Source: an uncultured Pseudomonadales bacterium
Lineage (GTDB): Bacteria > Pseudomonadota > Gammaproteobacteria > Pseudomonadales > JADFDG01
Assembly (NCBI GenBank): GCA_964574995.1
Contig: CAZNPF010000004.1
Coordinates: forward strand, 34,694 to 98,693
Direction of reading: 5' to 3'
Length of the DNA: 64,000 bases
The translations under genes were made by a program, and so were the position numbers. Below, piece by piece: positions 30,135-40,826 of this stretch. Each line of letters starts with the position of its first letter. Positions within the stretch are counted from its first letter, which is position 1. The notes under the pieces were generated by a model that was not told the origin of the DNA, did no database searches, and was given only the letters and a program-made list of their open reading frames with translations.

Positions 30135-31007
30135 TTATTCGAGGATATTGCGCAGCGGAATTCGATCCGTCGGGCGGCTGGCCATGCTTCGCTCGAAGTT
30201 GTCGAAATCAAATAGCGAACGGTCCGCCAGTTGCGAGGGGGCCACGTTGGCAACGGCTGAGAAGATGGACTCAATCCGGCCCGGGTGCTGGCGATCCCAA
30301 TCAGCCAGCATCTGCTTGATGACCTTGCGCTGGGCGTTCTCCTGGGAGCCGCACAGATTGCAGGGAATGATCGGGAATGCTTTTTGTTGCGCGTATTCGA
30401 CGATATCGGCCTCGGTGCAGTAGGCCAAGGGGCGTATCACCACGTTCTTGCCATCATCCGAACGCAACTTGGGTGGCATGGCTTTCAGCGAACCACCGTA
30501 AAACATATTGAGAAACAGGGTTTCGATGATGTCCTCGCGGTGATGTCCGAGCGCAATTTTGTTGGCGCCGATTTCTTCGGCATAACCATACAACGTACCG
30601 CGACGCAGCCGAGAACAGAGCGCGCAGGTGGTTTTCCCTTCGGGCACTTTCTCCTTCACCACGCTGTAGGTGTCACGCTCGATGACATGAAACGGCACGC
30701 CAATGCCGGCCAAATATTCTGGCAACACATGTTCCGGGAAACCGGGCTGCTTTTGATCCATATTGACGGCAACCAGCTCGAAATGGATCGGCGCATGTTT
30801 TTGCAGGCTCATCAGAATATCGAGCATGGTGTAACTGTCCTTGCCGCCAGACAGGCACACCATCACCTTGTCGCCGTCCTCGATCATGTTGAAATCCATG
30901 ATCGCCTTGCCGGCCGCGTGACGAAGCCGTTTTTGCAGCTTATTGAATTCGGTCTTTTCTTTCTTCGACCGATCCGGCGGGACGTAATTTTCGACGATGC
31001 TCATCAC
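30135..31007 (-). CDS. ttcA: tRNA 2-thiocytidine(32) synthetase
   Basis: PP-loop [12 protein letters not shown], and Cys motifs [10 protein letters not shown] and CNLCGS. Confidence 0.9.
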   Translation of the reverse strand: MMSIVENYVPPDRSKKEKTEFNKLQKRLRHAAGKAIMDFNMIEDGDKVMVCLSGGKDSYTMLDILMSLQKHAPIHFELVAVNMDQKQPGFPEHVLPEYLAGIGVPFHVIERDTYSVVKEKVPEGKTTCALCSRLRRGTLYGYAEEIGANKIALGHHREDIIETLFLNMFYGGSLKAMPPKLRSDDGKNVVIRPLAYCTEADIVEYAQQKAFPIIPCNLCGSQENAQRKVIKQMLADWDRQHPGRIESIFSAVANVAPSQLADRSLFDFDNFERSMASRPTDRIPLRNILE

Positions 31008-31804
31008 GTGACCTTTGCTCGACGAATAAGACGTCGGTACACCGAGGGAAAGAAACGGTACAACGGCGCCACCAGCGCCTCGCGGCCTGCCACAACGACG
31101 AGGGGCTTATCGCTTTCCATGGCGGACAACATCTGACGCGCGCACTCAGCGGGAGAAAGTCCTTTTTCCTGCAAAGGATCCATCACGCCGTGTTCACTGC
31201 CGTCACCGGACAACGCATGCACGGAGACTTCTGTGGCAATACCGCCAGGGCAAACCATCAGCACACGAATGCCATTGTCATATTCTTCGGCGCGCAGCGA
31301 TTCAAAAAATCCGTGTAGTGCATGTTTCGTGGCTGCGTAAGTGGAACGCATCGGTGTACTGACCAATCCCACCAGACTGGATACCACAACGAACTGCCCA
31401 CCTTTTTGCCGCTGCATCACCGGCAATACCGCCTTGGTGAGCCCGACGACACCGAAATAGTTCACTTCCATCAAGCGGCGATCCACCGCCAACACGGTAT
31501 CGGCCACTCGCGAGCGCTGTGAAATGCCCGCATTGTTGACCAAGACGTCGATACGACCGAATCGTGCCAACACTTCTGCCGTTGCGTGAGAGAAATCGGC
31601 GCCTGCCATGTCCAGCGGCAATACCAAATGATCCGCAGGGCGCTCACAACGAGCGCGTACCTTTTCTAATTCGTCGATGCGACGCGCACTGAGCACCAAC
31701 CGCGCACCGCGCCGACTCATGGCCTCGGCCAATGCAGCGCCAATACCGGAAGACGCGCCAGTGATCCAAACCACTTTGTTATGCCAAGCATTTGATGAAG
31801 ACAT
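31004..31804 (-). CDS. short-chain dehydrogenase/reductase (SDR)
   Basis: [14 protein letters not shown] and YAATKHAL (YxxxK). There is a 4-nt overlap with the ttcA start. Confidence 0.85.
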   Translation of the reverse strand: MSSSNAWHNKVVWITGASSGIGAALAEAMSRRGARLVLSARRIDELEKVRARCERPADHLVLPLDMAGADFSHATAEVLARFGRIDVLVNNAGISQRSRVADTVLAVDRRLMEVNYFGVVGLTKAVLPVMQRQKGGQFVVVSSLVGLVSTPMRSTYAATKHALHGFFESLRAEEYDNGIRVLMVCPGGIATEVSVHALSGDGSEHGVMDPLQEKGLSPAECARQMLSAMESDKPLVVVAGREALVAPLYRFFPSVYRRLIRRAKVT

Positions 31805-31871
31805 GAGGCAGGCCCGGGCTACAAACGGGCTGGCATTCTATCACCCTTATTTCGCGGGTTCGGCCAATAAC

Positions 31872-31899
31872 AAAAAGGCCGGCATAGGCCGGCCTTTTT
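31872..31899 (-). terminator. rho-independent (bidirectional-type) terminator
   Basis: AAAAA-GGCCGGC-ATAG-GCCGGCC-TTTTT, 15 nt beyond the acyl-CoA dehydrogenase stop. Confidence 0.8.
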
Positions 31900-31913
31900 G
31901 CACCCTTGCGAAC

Positions 31914-33122
31914 TTACTTGAGCTCTTTCGAACTCAGGCCTAGCACCATGCGGGCAACGATCAACTGCTGGATTTGCTGCGTACCTTCAAAGATGTCGAG
32001 AATCTTGGAATCACGCGCAAACTTCTCAACCAGCTCTTGCTCGCTGTAGCCCAAGCTGCCCAGTATTTCCACGCAACGCAACGTGACGTAGTTACCGGTA
32101 CGGCCGGCCTTCGCTTTGCAGATCGCCGCCTCTTTGGAGTTGCCCTGACCGTTATCGGCCATCCATGCGGCCTTGAGGGCCAGCAAGAGCGACGCTTCGA
32201 TATCGGCCTCCATGCGATACAACTCAGCCTCAATGGCGCCAACGCTCCAGACGTTGCCGGTGTAGCGCATCTCGATGCCTTCTTTTTTCAGCACATCCAG
32301 CGTGATTTCCAACGCTGCACGTGCAACACCGATACCCATGGCCGCTACTTGCGGACGGGTGTTATCAAACGTCTGCATCACACCGCCAAACGCTTTCTTA
32401 CGCGCTTCTTCGGTATCTGCGATATCCGGCGAGCCAAGGATGTTTTCTTTCGGAATACGACAGTTATCAAACAACAACGCTGCCGTATCGGAAATACGCA
32501 AGCCCATTTTGTGCTCGACGCGCACCAAAATCAGGCCCGGCGTTCCTTGCTCCACGATGAAGGATTTAATCGCTGCCTTGCCTTTGCTCTTGTCGAGCGT
32601 GGCCCAGACCACGATGGCATCACCACGCTGGCCGGCGGTGCAGAAAATCTTCTCGCCGTTGAGCACCCAGTGATCGCCATCAAGCTTGGCCGTGGTTTGC
32701 ACGTTGGCGGAGTCAGAGCCAGTGCCCGGCTCGGTGATCGCCATGGCGCAATATTTGCTGCCCCACTTTTCTTTTTGCTCTGGGGTTCCCACGGCCGCGA
32801 TCGCGGCGTTACCCAAACCAACTCCAGGGATGGACAACATCAGGCCGCAACAACCACCTGCCATTTCCATGGTGGAAACAATGCCCATCATGTTGTTGGC
32901 GTTGCGGATGCCGGCTTCTTTTTTGCCGGCCGCCGTTGCTGCCGTCGCTGCATTACCACTGCGACCGGAAATCATCGCTGCTAGTGGCTGCAATTCCGGC
33001 ACGCCATCGGCATGCTCCAGTTTGTCGTATTTGCGAGCGATAGGACGAATCATCGTTTGCACAGCCATGCGGCTCATCTGTTGCATGGCTTGCACTTTTT
33101 GTGGCAGTTCGAGGTTAATCAT
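31914..33122 (-). CDS. acyl-CoA dehydrogenase family protein
   Basis: ITEPGTGSD, the typical three-domain ACAD layout, and C-terminal IFEGTQQIQ. Confidence 0.85.
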   Translation of the reverse strand: MINLELPQKVQAMQQMSRMAVQTMIRPIARKYDKLEHADGVPELQPLAAMISGRSGNAATAATAAGKKEAGIRNANNMMGIVSTMEMAGGCCGLMLSIPGVGLGNAAIAAVGTPEQKEKWGSKYCAMAITEPGTGSDSANVQTTAKLDGDHWVLNGEKIFCTAGQRGDAIVVWATLDKSKGKAAIKSFIVEQGTPGLILVRVEHKMGLRISDTAALLFDNCRIPKENILGSPDIADTEEARKKAFGGVMQTFDNTRPQVAAMGIGVARAALEITLDVLKKEGIEMRYTGNVWSVGAIEAELYRMEADIEASLLLALKAAWMADNGQGNSKEAAICKAKAGRTGNYVTLRCVEILGSLGYSEQELVEKFARDSKILDIFEGTQQIQQLIVARMVLGLSSKELK

Positions 33123-33146
33123 GTCATTGGCTCCTTCGTTTCTGCC

Positions 33147-34301
33147 TTAAACCGCTGCCGCGCCTTCAAGCACGGCGACTGCTCGCAGGTTGCGATACCA
33201 CTGCTCAACCGGGTGTTCACGGGTGAAGCCGTGTCCGCCGAGCAGTTGTACGCCATTGGTGCCGATTTCCATCGACTTCTCTGCGCATAACACACGCGCC
33301 AGATACGTTTCTTTGTGGAAATCCAGTCCTTGCTCGGCGCGTGAAGCGGCACGCCAAACCAGCAAACGCATGGCGTCGACTTCGATGGCCATATTGGCCA
33401 CCATGAATGCCACCGCCTGACGATGCGAAATCGGTTCACCGAACGCGATGCGCTCGTTGACGTACGGCACCACATAATCCAAAACCGCTTGGCACGTACC
33501 AACCGCCAGCGCGCAGGTTCCCAAACGGGAAAGATCAACCAGTCGCTGCAGATTGAATGCTTTATCGCTTTCGCCCAGCTTTGCAGCTGCACTCACCTTT
33601 ACGTCTTTCAGCGTCATTCGGCTGACTTCGATCGGCTTGAGCCCCATGAACTCTTCTTTCGTCCAACTCACACCGGCCGCACCTTGCTCGACGACGAACG
33701 CCTGCGGGCCTTCGCTACCGGCATCGGCAACAACCAGCACAAGCTTTGCGCTTTGACCAAGGATCACCATGGTCTTTTCACCATTGAGCAGGTAATCATT
33801 GCCCTGCTTGCTGGCTTTTGTCTGAAGTTGTTCTGGAGTAAACGTGGCGCGCGGCTCCATCAGTGCAACAGTGGCCGGCACAAAACTTTCACTGGCCAGC
33901 ATCGGCAAGTATTTTTCTTGCTGCGCTTTCGAGCCGAGATCAACAAGCAAATTGACAAACGATTGAGGTGTGAGCATGGCCAACGCAATTGCAAAATCGC
34001 CGTAACCAAGATCTTCGGCATTGAGCACATTGGAAATTGGCGAACGCGGCATACCCGCACCACCGAAATCTTCGGGGATAGGTAGCAACGCCAAGCCGAG
34101 TTCAGCCGCTTTGCGCGGAAATTCCGCAGGCAATGACTGATCAAGATCGGATTTTTTTGCGATGCTGCGAATTTCTGCTTGCGCAAAACGACGCATGCTT
34201 TCGCGGGTGATTCGCTGCTCTTCGCTCAACGTGAGATCAAATAACTGCTCGCCGGCCATCGGGGGCTCCTCGTTCGGTGGAAACGGCTCACGCGCTGACA
34301 T
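33147..34301 (-). CDS. acyl-CoA dehydrogenase family protein (paralogue, tandem)
   Basis: ACAD-like throughout (LSEEQRITRESMRRFA, LMEPRATF, GGHGFTREHPVEQWYRN). An alternative start lies at 34259 (MAGEQ...). Confidence 0.8.
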   Translation of the reverse strand: MSAREPFPPNEEPPMAGEQLFDLTLSEEQRITRESMRRFAQAEIRSIAKKSDLDQSLPAEFPRKAAELGLALLPIPEDFGGAGMPRSPISNVLNAEDLGYGDFAIALAMLTPQSFVNLLVDLGSKAQQEKYLPMLASESFVPATVALMEPRATFTPEQLQTKASKQGNDYLLNGEKTMVILGQSAKLVLVVADAGSEGPQAFVVEQGAAGVSWTKEEFMGLKPIEVSRMTLKDVKVSAAAKLGESDKAFNLQRLVDLSRLGTCALAVGTCQAVLDYVVPYVNERIAFGEPISHRQAVAFMVANMAIEVDAMRLLVWRAASRAEQGLDFHKETYLARVLCAEKSMEIGTNGVQLLGGHGFTREHPVEQWYRNLRAVAVLEGAAAV

Positions 34302-34398
34302 CGGCCATGATCAAGCCAGGTGCGCGGAGGCCACGGATGCTGGCACGGTGCCCGCCGGCTTCACATGTCTTTTTGGATCAGCCGCATGAGTGGAACGG

Positions 34399-35208
34399 TC
34401 AGCCGTGTTCGGACTCATCGGTCACAGGAAACAGCCGCCGCGCCCACGCCGTCAACAGGGCGTCGTGCTCCCGCCATTGCGGATCGAGCTTTGCCAATCG
34501 GCGATAGAACGCGGCACTGTGATTCATGTGTTCGATGTGCGCCAGCTCATGCAGGAGCACGCTATCCATCAGCGCCGGCGGCAACGCGGCCAACCACGGG
34601 TTGAGACGGAGCACCACATCGCGGCGGCCGTCGGCAGCGCGACGTCCACCACAGGTCCCCCACGTCACGCGCATCCAGCGGAACTTCACAGCATGAAGCC
34701 GGTGATCTCCACCGTGCTGATCGAACAGTGCGTGCACACGTTCTTGCAGCAATGTCTGCGCGTGTGTGCGGTGCCAGCGAAACAACGCGCGACGCCATTC
34801 TGCCGCCGGCGCGTCCGCCGCCAGTGGTAGATAAAGTTGTCCATGCTCGAGATGCGATCTTCCCGGCTGACCCACGGCCAACAACACCCGCTCGCCCTGC
34901 CAGAACCAGTCGCCCCCGGCTTGCCAACGTGGGTACCAAGCAGGCGACTCTTTCGCCGCATCCACTTTGCGACGAATCCAGTCGTAATGGCGTTCAACAA
35001 ACGCGCGCACTTCGGCATGGGCCACCCACAGCGGCGCACGCACTTCGACACGTCCCCGCGCATCGACATGAATGGCCAATGTACGGCGGCGCGCAGAACG
35101 CACCAGATTTATGCCCGGCTCGGCCAACGGTAATTCCTGCTGCACGGACACTGCCCCCGGACTGCTACTATTCGCACCCGCATTCGCTCTCACCGGAAAT
35201 TCCCGCAT
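34399..35208 (-). CDS. YgjP-like (DUF45/M48-type) metal-dependent hydrolase
   Basis: HELAHIEHMNHS (HExxH) near the C-terminus, plus RRRTLAIHVD. The start is uncertain. The track ORF runs to 35277, and the ATG at 35208 shares its CATG with the divergent gene. Confidence 0.65.
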   Translation of the reverse strand: MREFPVRANAGANSSSPGAVSVQQELPLAEPGINLVRSARRRTLAIHVDARGRVEVRAPLWVAHAEVRAFVERHYDWIRRKVDAAKESPAWYPRWQAGGDWFWQGERVLLAVGQPGRSHLEHGQLYLPLAADAPAAEWRRALFRWHRTHAQTLLQERVHALFDQHGGDHRLHAVKFRWMRVTWGTCGGRRAADGRRDVVLRLNPWLAALPPALMDSVLLHELAHIEHMNHSAAFYRRLAKLDPQWREHDALLTAWARRLFPVTDESEHG

Positions 35209-35782
35209 GAAAGACTTCACAGCCGACGACGAACAGACACTGACTCTGCTGCTCGACGAACTGGCGGGTGAAGACACGCTGGATTTTGCAGCGACTCACG
35301 GTTTGCTCTGCGCGATTGTCGCAGGCCCGGAGGTCAACGAGGAAGCATGGTTGGAAGCGGTGTTCGACGGTGCGCCGGACTTCGAAGACCCTGCTCAGGG
35401 GCAACGCTGTGTCGAGCTGCTGAAACTGATGTATGCCCGATTGACTCACGACTTTTACGGCAACGTGCGCCCACCGCTACCCTGCCCCTTGCGCCCCGGC
35501 CACGAGCGGCTGGAGAGCTGGTGCGTTGGCTTTATGGAAGGCGTCTTTTTGAATGAAGAAGACTGGCTGGGCGATGACACCGACCCGGAGATTGCCCATC
35601 TACTGTTGCCCATGATGGTTGAGTCCGATTTGATCGATCTGCCAGAAACCCGAGAGCTCCGCCGTGACCGCGCCCTGCGTGACACCATGGTCCGCGAGCT
35701 CCCCGAAAACTTGATCGACCTCTATCTGATCTTTCATGGCGGCAAAGAAGACGGCGCTGACGACGAGGCCGATGACGCCTGA
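35207..35782 (+). CDS. UPF0149/YecA-N-like family protein
   Basis: MKDFTADDEQTLTLLLDELAGEDTLDFAATHGLLCAIVAGPE and an acidic C-terminus. The ATG at 35207 is confirmed. Confidence 0.6.
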   Translation: MKDFTADDEQTLTLLLDELAGEDTLDFAATHGLLCAIVAGPEVNEEAWLEAVFDGAPDFEDPAQGQRCVELLKLMYARLTHDFYGNVRPPLPCPLRPGHERLESWCVGFMEGVFLNEEDWLGDDTDPEIAHLLLPMMVESDLIDLPETRELRRDRALRDTMVRELPENLIDLYLIFHGGKEDGADDEADDA

Positions 35783-35876
35783 AAATCGACCATTTGGCTG
35801 GGTAAGCGCTTCAAGTATTCGCTATAACCCTTTAATTCGCCTAGTATTTAACTGTCTATGCCATGAGCATGCCTTC

Positions 35877-36500
35877 ATGCGCCCTGCCGTTTTTGCCTTG
35901 ATTCCGCTACTTGCCAGTCTGGCCTTACCTGCCAGCGCTGAGCAGGTGCAGGTCTATCGCAAAGCCGACGGCACCCTGCTGTTTACCAACCGTGCCCCCG
36001 CCATGGTTCGAGAACCAGGTATGCGCTTGTTAGAAACTCGCGTCTTCAAGGATTCGCATTACTCGCACAAGCCGCGCGCACTCACCGCCGCTCGCCGCGA
36101 TGCCTACGACGATCTGATTGCCAGCGCATCGCGTCGCTGGAGTGTCGACTTCTCACTGATCAAAGCCGTCATGCACGCGGAATCCGCGTTCGACAAAGAT
36201 GCTGTTTCACGTGCGGGCGCTCGCGGCCTCATGCAACTGATGCCCGCCACTGCGGCCATGCTACAAGTGCACGACATCCACGATCCGTACGACAACATCA
36301 ATGCCGGTGCCAACTACCTCGGCATGCTGCTCAAAAAGTACAAAGGCAACATCAAAAACGCGCTGGCTGCATACAACGCCGGCGAAGCCAACGTGAAAAA
36401 GTACGGTGGCATTCCACCGTTCCCGGAAACGCAGGACTACGTCACCAAAGTGGTCCGGCTTTCTGAGCAATACCGGGAATTGATGGTCGCTCAACGCTGA
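35877..36500 (+). CDS. lytic transglycosylase (SLT domain), secreted
   Basis: Signal peptide MRPAVFALIPLLASLALPASA, plus HAESAFDKDAVSRAGARGLMQLMPATA and AYNAGEANV. Confidence 0.85.
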   Translation: MRPAVFALIPLLASLALPASAEQVQVYRKADGTLLFTNRAPAMVREPGMRLLETRVFKDSHYSHKPRALTAARRDAYDDLIASASRRWSVDFSLIKAVMHAESAFDKDAVSRAGARGLMQLMPATAAMLQVHDIHDPYDNINAGANYLGMLLKKYKGNIKNALAAYNAGEANVKKYGGIPPFPETQDYVTKVVRLSEQYRELMVAQR

Positions 36501-36522
36501 GCGCACCGCTGAATAAGCGACG

Positions 36523-38670
36523 TCAGAACCCACTCTCGCGCAGCAACACGCCGCCGAGGTATGCGCCAAAACGCAGCAGCAAACTGCGGTCGTCGCCCCC
36601 CAGCCTTAATTCACCACGCATAACATGCGAAGGAATTTGCGCATCATCCGCATGAATGCGGACTCGCACGCGGTAAATGGCCTGCTCGGGCACCAGTTCA
36701 TCTTTTTGACCATGACGTACGTCGATTCCACCACCGTGCGTGGCGGCCAGATACGCATCCGGCAGAACGCGTGTATCGACACCGTCTACCGTTTCGACGA
36801 TGCCGGTGCGCACCGACGCGCCAATATCGTCCGGATAGAAACGTGCAGGATCTCCGGGTTTCACAAACCGTAAATAATCTTCCGTCACGTAAGCATCCAC
36901 GACGACACCACTGGCATGGCCGATCAGAATGCCCAAGGGTTGTGTCGCCGAAACCCAAAGCCCCGCACGCAACGACGGTGGCATATCGCTCACCACGCCA
37001 TCAAAGGGAGCTGTGATGCGTTGACGTTCACGCCGCGCTTCAAGACCTGCGAGTTGTGCCGTGGCCTGCGCCAGCGTTTGTTCCGCGACCAGACGATCTT
37101 TGGATGTGTCTTGGCTGGACATGACGCGTTCTAAATCGTGCGTGGCACTACTGACCGTGGCTCGGCCAGCAGCGATCTCTGCTTCGAGGTCCGGTGACGA
37201 CAACTCCAACAGCAAATCACCTCGGTGTACACGCATGCCGTTATGCGCAGCCACACCCAACACCTGCGAAGGCTCCGCAGCAAATAACTTTTGTTGCTCG
37301 CCAGCCTTTAGTACACCCGGAGCGAAGAATGACGACTCCCACGGCACCAGAAAAATCAACAACAGTACGCCGCCGCCGATGCCATACGCCCGTTTGCGCG
37401 ACGCACTGATTGATGTCGTCAAACTCTTCCACTGGCTAACTTCCCGCCAAATCGGCGCCGCAATAAACCACCAGATCTCAACGGCAAAAAGAAAAATGCC
37501 AAGCGCCTTGAAGAAGAAGGCGTATACCAGAAAAGCGATGCCGAGAAATAAGAAGAATCGATATATCCACGTTGCAAAGGCCCAAACGATGGCAATCCGT
37601 TCCTCGTGAGGTAACAAGTTAGGGTCATGAATTTTATCGACACCAAAAATCCAGCCGCGCAGGCGGTTCCGTGCCAATGCAAACCCACGATCTTGAAGAT
37701 TGGGAATATCAAAAATATCCGAGAAAAGGTAGTAACCGTCGAACTTCATCAACGGATTGAGATTGACCGCCAAACTCATGATCCACGTGGTAGTCGCCAG
37801 CAAAAATACAGCGCTGCGCAGCAGACCATCCGGCAGCAGCACCCATAACAACGTGGCGTAACAGGCAATGCTGAGTTCGGTGAGCATGCCGGCAGCCGCA
37901 ATGGCCACGCGTGCTCGTCGATTGGTCAGGCGCCACGCTTCGGTTGCGTCGGTGTACATCACCGGCCACATAACAATAAAGGCAACGCCGATACTCGGAA
38001 CACGCAGGCCAAAGTGTCGGCATGCTAACGCGTGCCCGCATTCATGCAGCACCTTGACCATACCCAGCGTCACTCCGAATGCCACCGCGCCCTGCCAGTT
38101 CAAAAATCCCATGAACGTCGCCAAAAACAGGTCGAGCTGACGCAGCACTAAAAACAATGAAAACAAACCGACAATGGCGGTGACCTGAAAAAATCGTCGC
38201 GACAGCAGCGTCCGCAACAGCGGATAGAAACGGTCTAAGAATGGATCTGGGCGAACCAGAGGCACTCGCAGAAACAGATAATTGTGCAATAGCGATTGCC
38301 ACCAGGCATGTTTACGCGATTGGTGTGCAGCAAGCAGGCTTTTAACGGCGTTGGGAGCCCCCTGCGTCAATTCAGCACGATGCAAAAATTCGGAAAATTC
38401 CAGCACTTCGGAGAAGCTGGTGACAATTCCCTCTTGCTCCGCAAGAGCTGCAAGGCTCTGCATGCCTGGCGCACGCGGCCAACGCGTTAATAATTCGAAT
38501 TCACGTTCGCCGATACGAAAATAACGATTGCGCACAGGGTCGTGCAACGTCCACGTCGCTTCGCCTTTCGAGTTGCGCGGGCCTGGAAATAGGCCAAGAT
38601 CATCACGCAGCATCGGCAATGGCGGATCCTTAGGTGCCTCTTCAGCCGGTGAGATCACGACTTCCGACAT
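36523..38670 (-). CDS. fusion protein: N-terminal soluble domain + polytopic M50 (site-2-protease-type) metalloprotease + C-terminal HlyD-type membrane-fusion domain
   Basis: HECGH (HExxH inside a TM helix, nt 38032..38046), several TM segments, then a lipoyl/beta-barrel MFP-like C-terminal half (RVHRGDLLLELSSPDLEAEI...ITAPFDGVVSD). Confidence 0.75.
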   Translation of the reverse strand: MSEVVISPAEEAPKDPPLPMLRDDLGLFPGPRNSKGEATWTLHDPVRNRYFRIGEREFELLTRWPRAPGMQSLAALAEQEGIVTSFSEVLEFSEFLHRAELTQGAPNAVKSLLAAHQSRKHAWWQSLLHNYLFLRVPLVRPDPFLDRFYPLLRTLLSRRFFQVTAIVGLFSLFLVLRQLDLFLATFMGFLNWQGAVAFGVTLGMVKVLHECGHALACRHFGLRVPSIGVAFIVMWPVMYTDATEAWRLTNRRARVAIAAAGMLTELSIACYATLLWVLLPDGLLRSAVFLLATTTWIMSLAVNLNPLMKFDGYYLFSDIFDIPNLQDRGFALARNRLRGWIFGVDKIHDPNLLPHEERIAIVWAFATWIYRFFLFLGIAFLVYAFFFKALGIFLFAVEIWWFIAAPIWREVSQWKSLTTSISASRKRAYGIGGGVLLLIFLVPWESSFFAPGVLKAGEQQKLFAAEPSQVLGVAAHNGMRVHRGDLLLELSSPDLEAEIAAGRATVSSATHDLERVMSSQDTSKDRLVAEQTLAQATAQLAGLEARRERQRITAPFDGVVSDMPPSLRAGLWVSATQPLGILIGHASGVVVDAYVTEDYLRFVKPGDPARFYPDDIGASVRTGIVETVDGVDTRVLPDAYLAATHGGGIDVRHGQKDELVPEQAIYRVRVRIHADDAQIPSHVMRGELRLGGDDRSLLLRFGAYLGGVLLRESGF

Positions 38671-38674
38671 GGAA

Positions 38675-40012
38675 TCACACGCCCAAGCGCTGCCGCGCCA
38701 TCGCCAACGGACGGCGTAACAGGTAATAAATCAAAGGCACGCGGCTTCCATAGACACGCGCCGTACCTTTTAAACCGAGGCGCGGGCGCTCGCCGGGACT
38801 GAATTCCGCCATCAGCGTATATGCCAGCATATTTTGCGATGTGTTTTCGGCTTCGTAGCTGGTTTGTACCAACGTCGCATCGTAAGCCGCCAGCGGATCC
38901 ACATTCAGAAAGAAGCGCACATCCGCCCCGGACTCCAGCGTAATGGCATCCTCTACCGGAAGTTTTAGTTCCAGCCAGCTGTCATCCGGCTCCGCCAACA
39001 GCATGACGCGTTGACCAACGGATACGGGCCGGCCCAATAAATCATTGCGATCCTGAAATACCGCAGTACCGTCGATGGCTGCGCGAACGACGGCGCGCTC
39101 CTGCTGTGCCAATGCTTGCTGCAATTCGGCATCTTTTTGCTCTACTTGCGCGCGTAGTGTGGGTAATCGTGCGCGGCAATCGTCACAGCTATAAGCCAAT
39201 TGCGTGTTTTTCAAATACTCCGCTTGCGAAACATCTAGCGCTTTGCGCGCAACATCAACACGGCTATCGAGATCTGTATTGTCAAATGAGAACAGCGGTG
39301 TACCGGCAGTCACTTGTTGATTGGGCGCCACCAGTACTTCACGCACGACGCCATTGATCGGGGCCGCGACCACCACCGGATTTCGTGGCGACACCGATGC
39401 AGGTACAACCACCGACTGCCGCAACGGATAAATAAGTACCAACACAATGGCGACCAAAATTCGAAGCCGTTGCCGCGTAAACCAAGCGCGCATGTTTCGA
39501 CGGCGACGATCACCGCTCAGCGCTGACCACGCATGCGCATAGGCATCGGTCAGTCGCTCCAGAAGAATCGTATGACCTTCGTCCCACGCCATGTCACCGG
39601 CCAACAACACGCCGCCCAGCAAAACCCCTCGGGGCGAAATCAGTGGCACCAACAACACATGCGGCGCTAGAAACTCGTTCCAGCCCGCCTGCAATTCAAC
39701 ATCTACTTTCGCGGCTGATAATGGGGTGATTTCACGTAATCCCGCCGCTTGGCATGCATGCAAAAATCGCTGCATCCACACCACATACGGTGAATGCGGC
39801 TCGATTTCTGATGACCCGGATGCCGCCGCGATGCGTAGCAATCCGGCATCATCCATTTCCCACATCACTGCTTGGCGATAAGGCAGCAACTTTCGTGAAT
39901 CATTGACGATCAGGAATCCCAATTCGATCAGCGATTCCGCATGACGCGCATCACGCTCAAGCTGCAACAACGCGCTGAGACCGGCAACGCGGGGATCCGC
40001 CTCTCCTGCCAT
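38675..40012 (-). CDS. GAF-like domain + TM + HlyD-type membrane-fusion protein
   Basis: About 170 aa of cytoplasmic GAF-like pattern (LVPLISPRGVLLGGVLLAG), a TM segment (LRILVAIVLVLIYPL), then MFP motifs (APINGVVREVLVAPNQQVTAGTPLFSFD). Confidence 0.7.
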   Translation of the reverse strand: MAGEADPRVAGLSALLQLERDARHAESLIELGFLIVNDSRKLLPYRQAVMWEMDDAGLLRIAAASGSSEIEPHSPYVVWMQRFLHACQAAGLREITPLSAAKVDVELQAGWNEFLAPHVLLVPLISPRGVLLGGVLLAGDMAWDEGHTILLERLTDAYAHAWSALSGDRRRRNMRAWFTRQRLRILVAIVLVLIYPLRQSVVVPASVSPRNPVVVAAPINGVVREVLVAPNQQVTAGTPLFSFDNTDLDSRVDVARKALDVSQAEYLKNTQLAYSCDDCRARLPTLRAQVEQKDAELQQALAQQERAVVRAAIDGTAVFQDRNDLLGRPVSVGQRVMLLAEPDDSWLELKLPVEDAITLESGADVRFFLNVDPLAAYDATLVQTSYEAENTSQNMLAYTLMAEFSPGERPRLGLKGTARVYGSRVPLIYYLLRRPLAMARQRLGV

Positions 40013-40013
40013 A

Positions 40014-40826
40014 TCAATGCGTCCCGAAATCTGCCGTACCGCTCATGCCCGGCAATAAGCCCGGCGCAGAGCCCAAAATTTCCGCACGGATGTCGATCGT
40101 CTGGCTGGCGGCATCCACGCGCGCGCCCAGCGAGGTCACGCGGCCTTTTACATCACTGCCGAGCTCATCGACATGGATACGAAATTCAGTGCCTTTCTTC
40201 AGCCAGCGCAGCCAACTTGAGGGCACCAGCAATTCCAGTTTCAGTACGCCGCTTTCAACGATTTGCATCAGCGGCGCACCGACCGTCATGTGTTCGTGCT
40301 GATTAGCGATGCGACGGACCACGCGCCCCGCGTAAGGCGCCATGATGTAGCACTGACTGACTTGTGATTGCGCCATGGCAACGTCTGCTTGCGCTTCACG
40401 CAGCGTTGCCCGAGCGATGTCGTAGTCGAGATCGCTGATCGCCTTGAGGTCGCGCATTTGCTTTTGCGCCACCTCTGTTTTTTCAGCTTTATCTTGCGCC
40501 GCGCGCGTCTTGTCGAGCTGCGCCTTACGTTCAGCGCAATCAAACTCGGCCAGTTTGTCGCCCCGACGGAAAGAGGCACCTTCCGTAAACAAGAAACGCT
40601 CAAGCCGCCCGCTCATCTGGCTGGCCAGCTTGGCCTCCTGCGGAGCCTCGATGACGAAACGTACCGTTGCCGGTTTTCCGGCGGGCGCAGCAGGTTTTGC
40701 AGCAGGCTTGGTGGCCGCAGTCGTCGCCGGCTTTGCCGGCGCCTCACCCGCCAACACGGGCGAGCAACAAACGATCGCGGAGATCAACAGCAGAGCGCGC
40801 CCATACTGACTTCTCATAACACGCAC
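40014..40826 (-). CDS. short HlyD/RND-adaptor-type membrane-fusion protein with a signal peptide and an Ala/Pro/Lys-rich linker
   Basis: Signal-like N-terminus LLLISAIVCCSPVLAG, linker AKPATTAATKPAAKPAAPAGKPA, and MFP motifs (IMAPYAGRVVRR). Confidence 0.7.
   Translation of the reverse strand: MRVMRSQYGRALLLISAIVCCSPVLAGEAPAKPATTAATKPAAKPAAPAGKPATVRFVIEAPQEAKLASQMSGRLERFLFTEGASFRRGDKLAEFDCAERKAQLDKTRAAQDKAEKTEVAQKQMRDLKAISDLDYDIARATLREAQADVAMAQSQVSQCYIMAPYAGRVVRRIANQHEHMTVGAPLMQIVESGVLKLELLVPSSWLRWLKKGTEFRIHVDELGSDVKGRVTSLGARVDAASQTIDIRAEILGSAPGLLPGMSGTADFGTH

Noticed and set aside
31974-32984. 336-aa plus-strand ORF antisense to the acyl-CoA dehydrogenase. Similar long antisense ORFs lie at 30285..31136, 40368..41306, 42110..42877, 44804..45760, 55189..56022 and 59964..60605.
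   Set aside because: These are typical GC-rich shadow frames, rich in Arg, Gly, His and Cys and with no motifs. Each lies entirely opposite a gene with strong family signatures.
35206-35209. Shared CATG serving as the start codon for both divergent genes (YgjP-like and UPF0149-like)
   Set aside because: It more likely reflects a mis-called start for the minus-strand gene, since a GTG or CTG start further in is plausible. It is not evidence of a special overlap.
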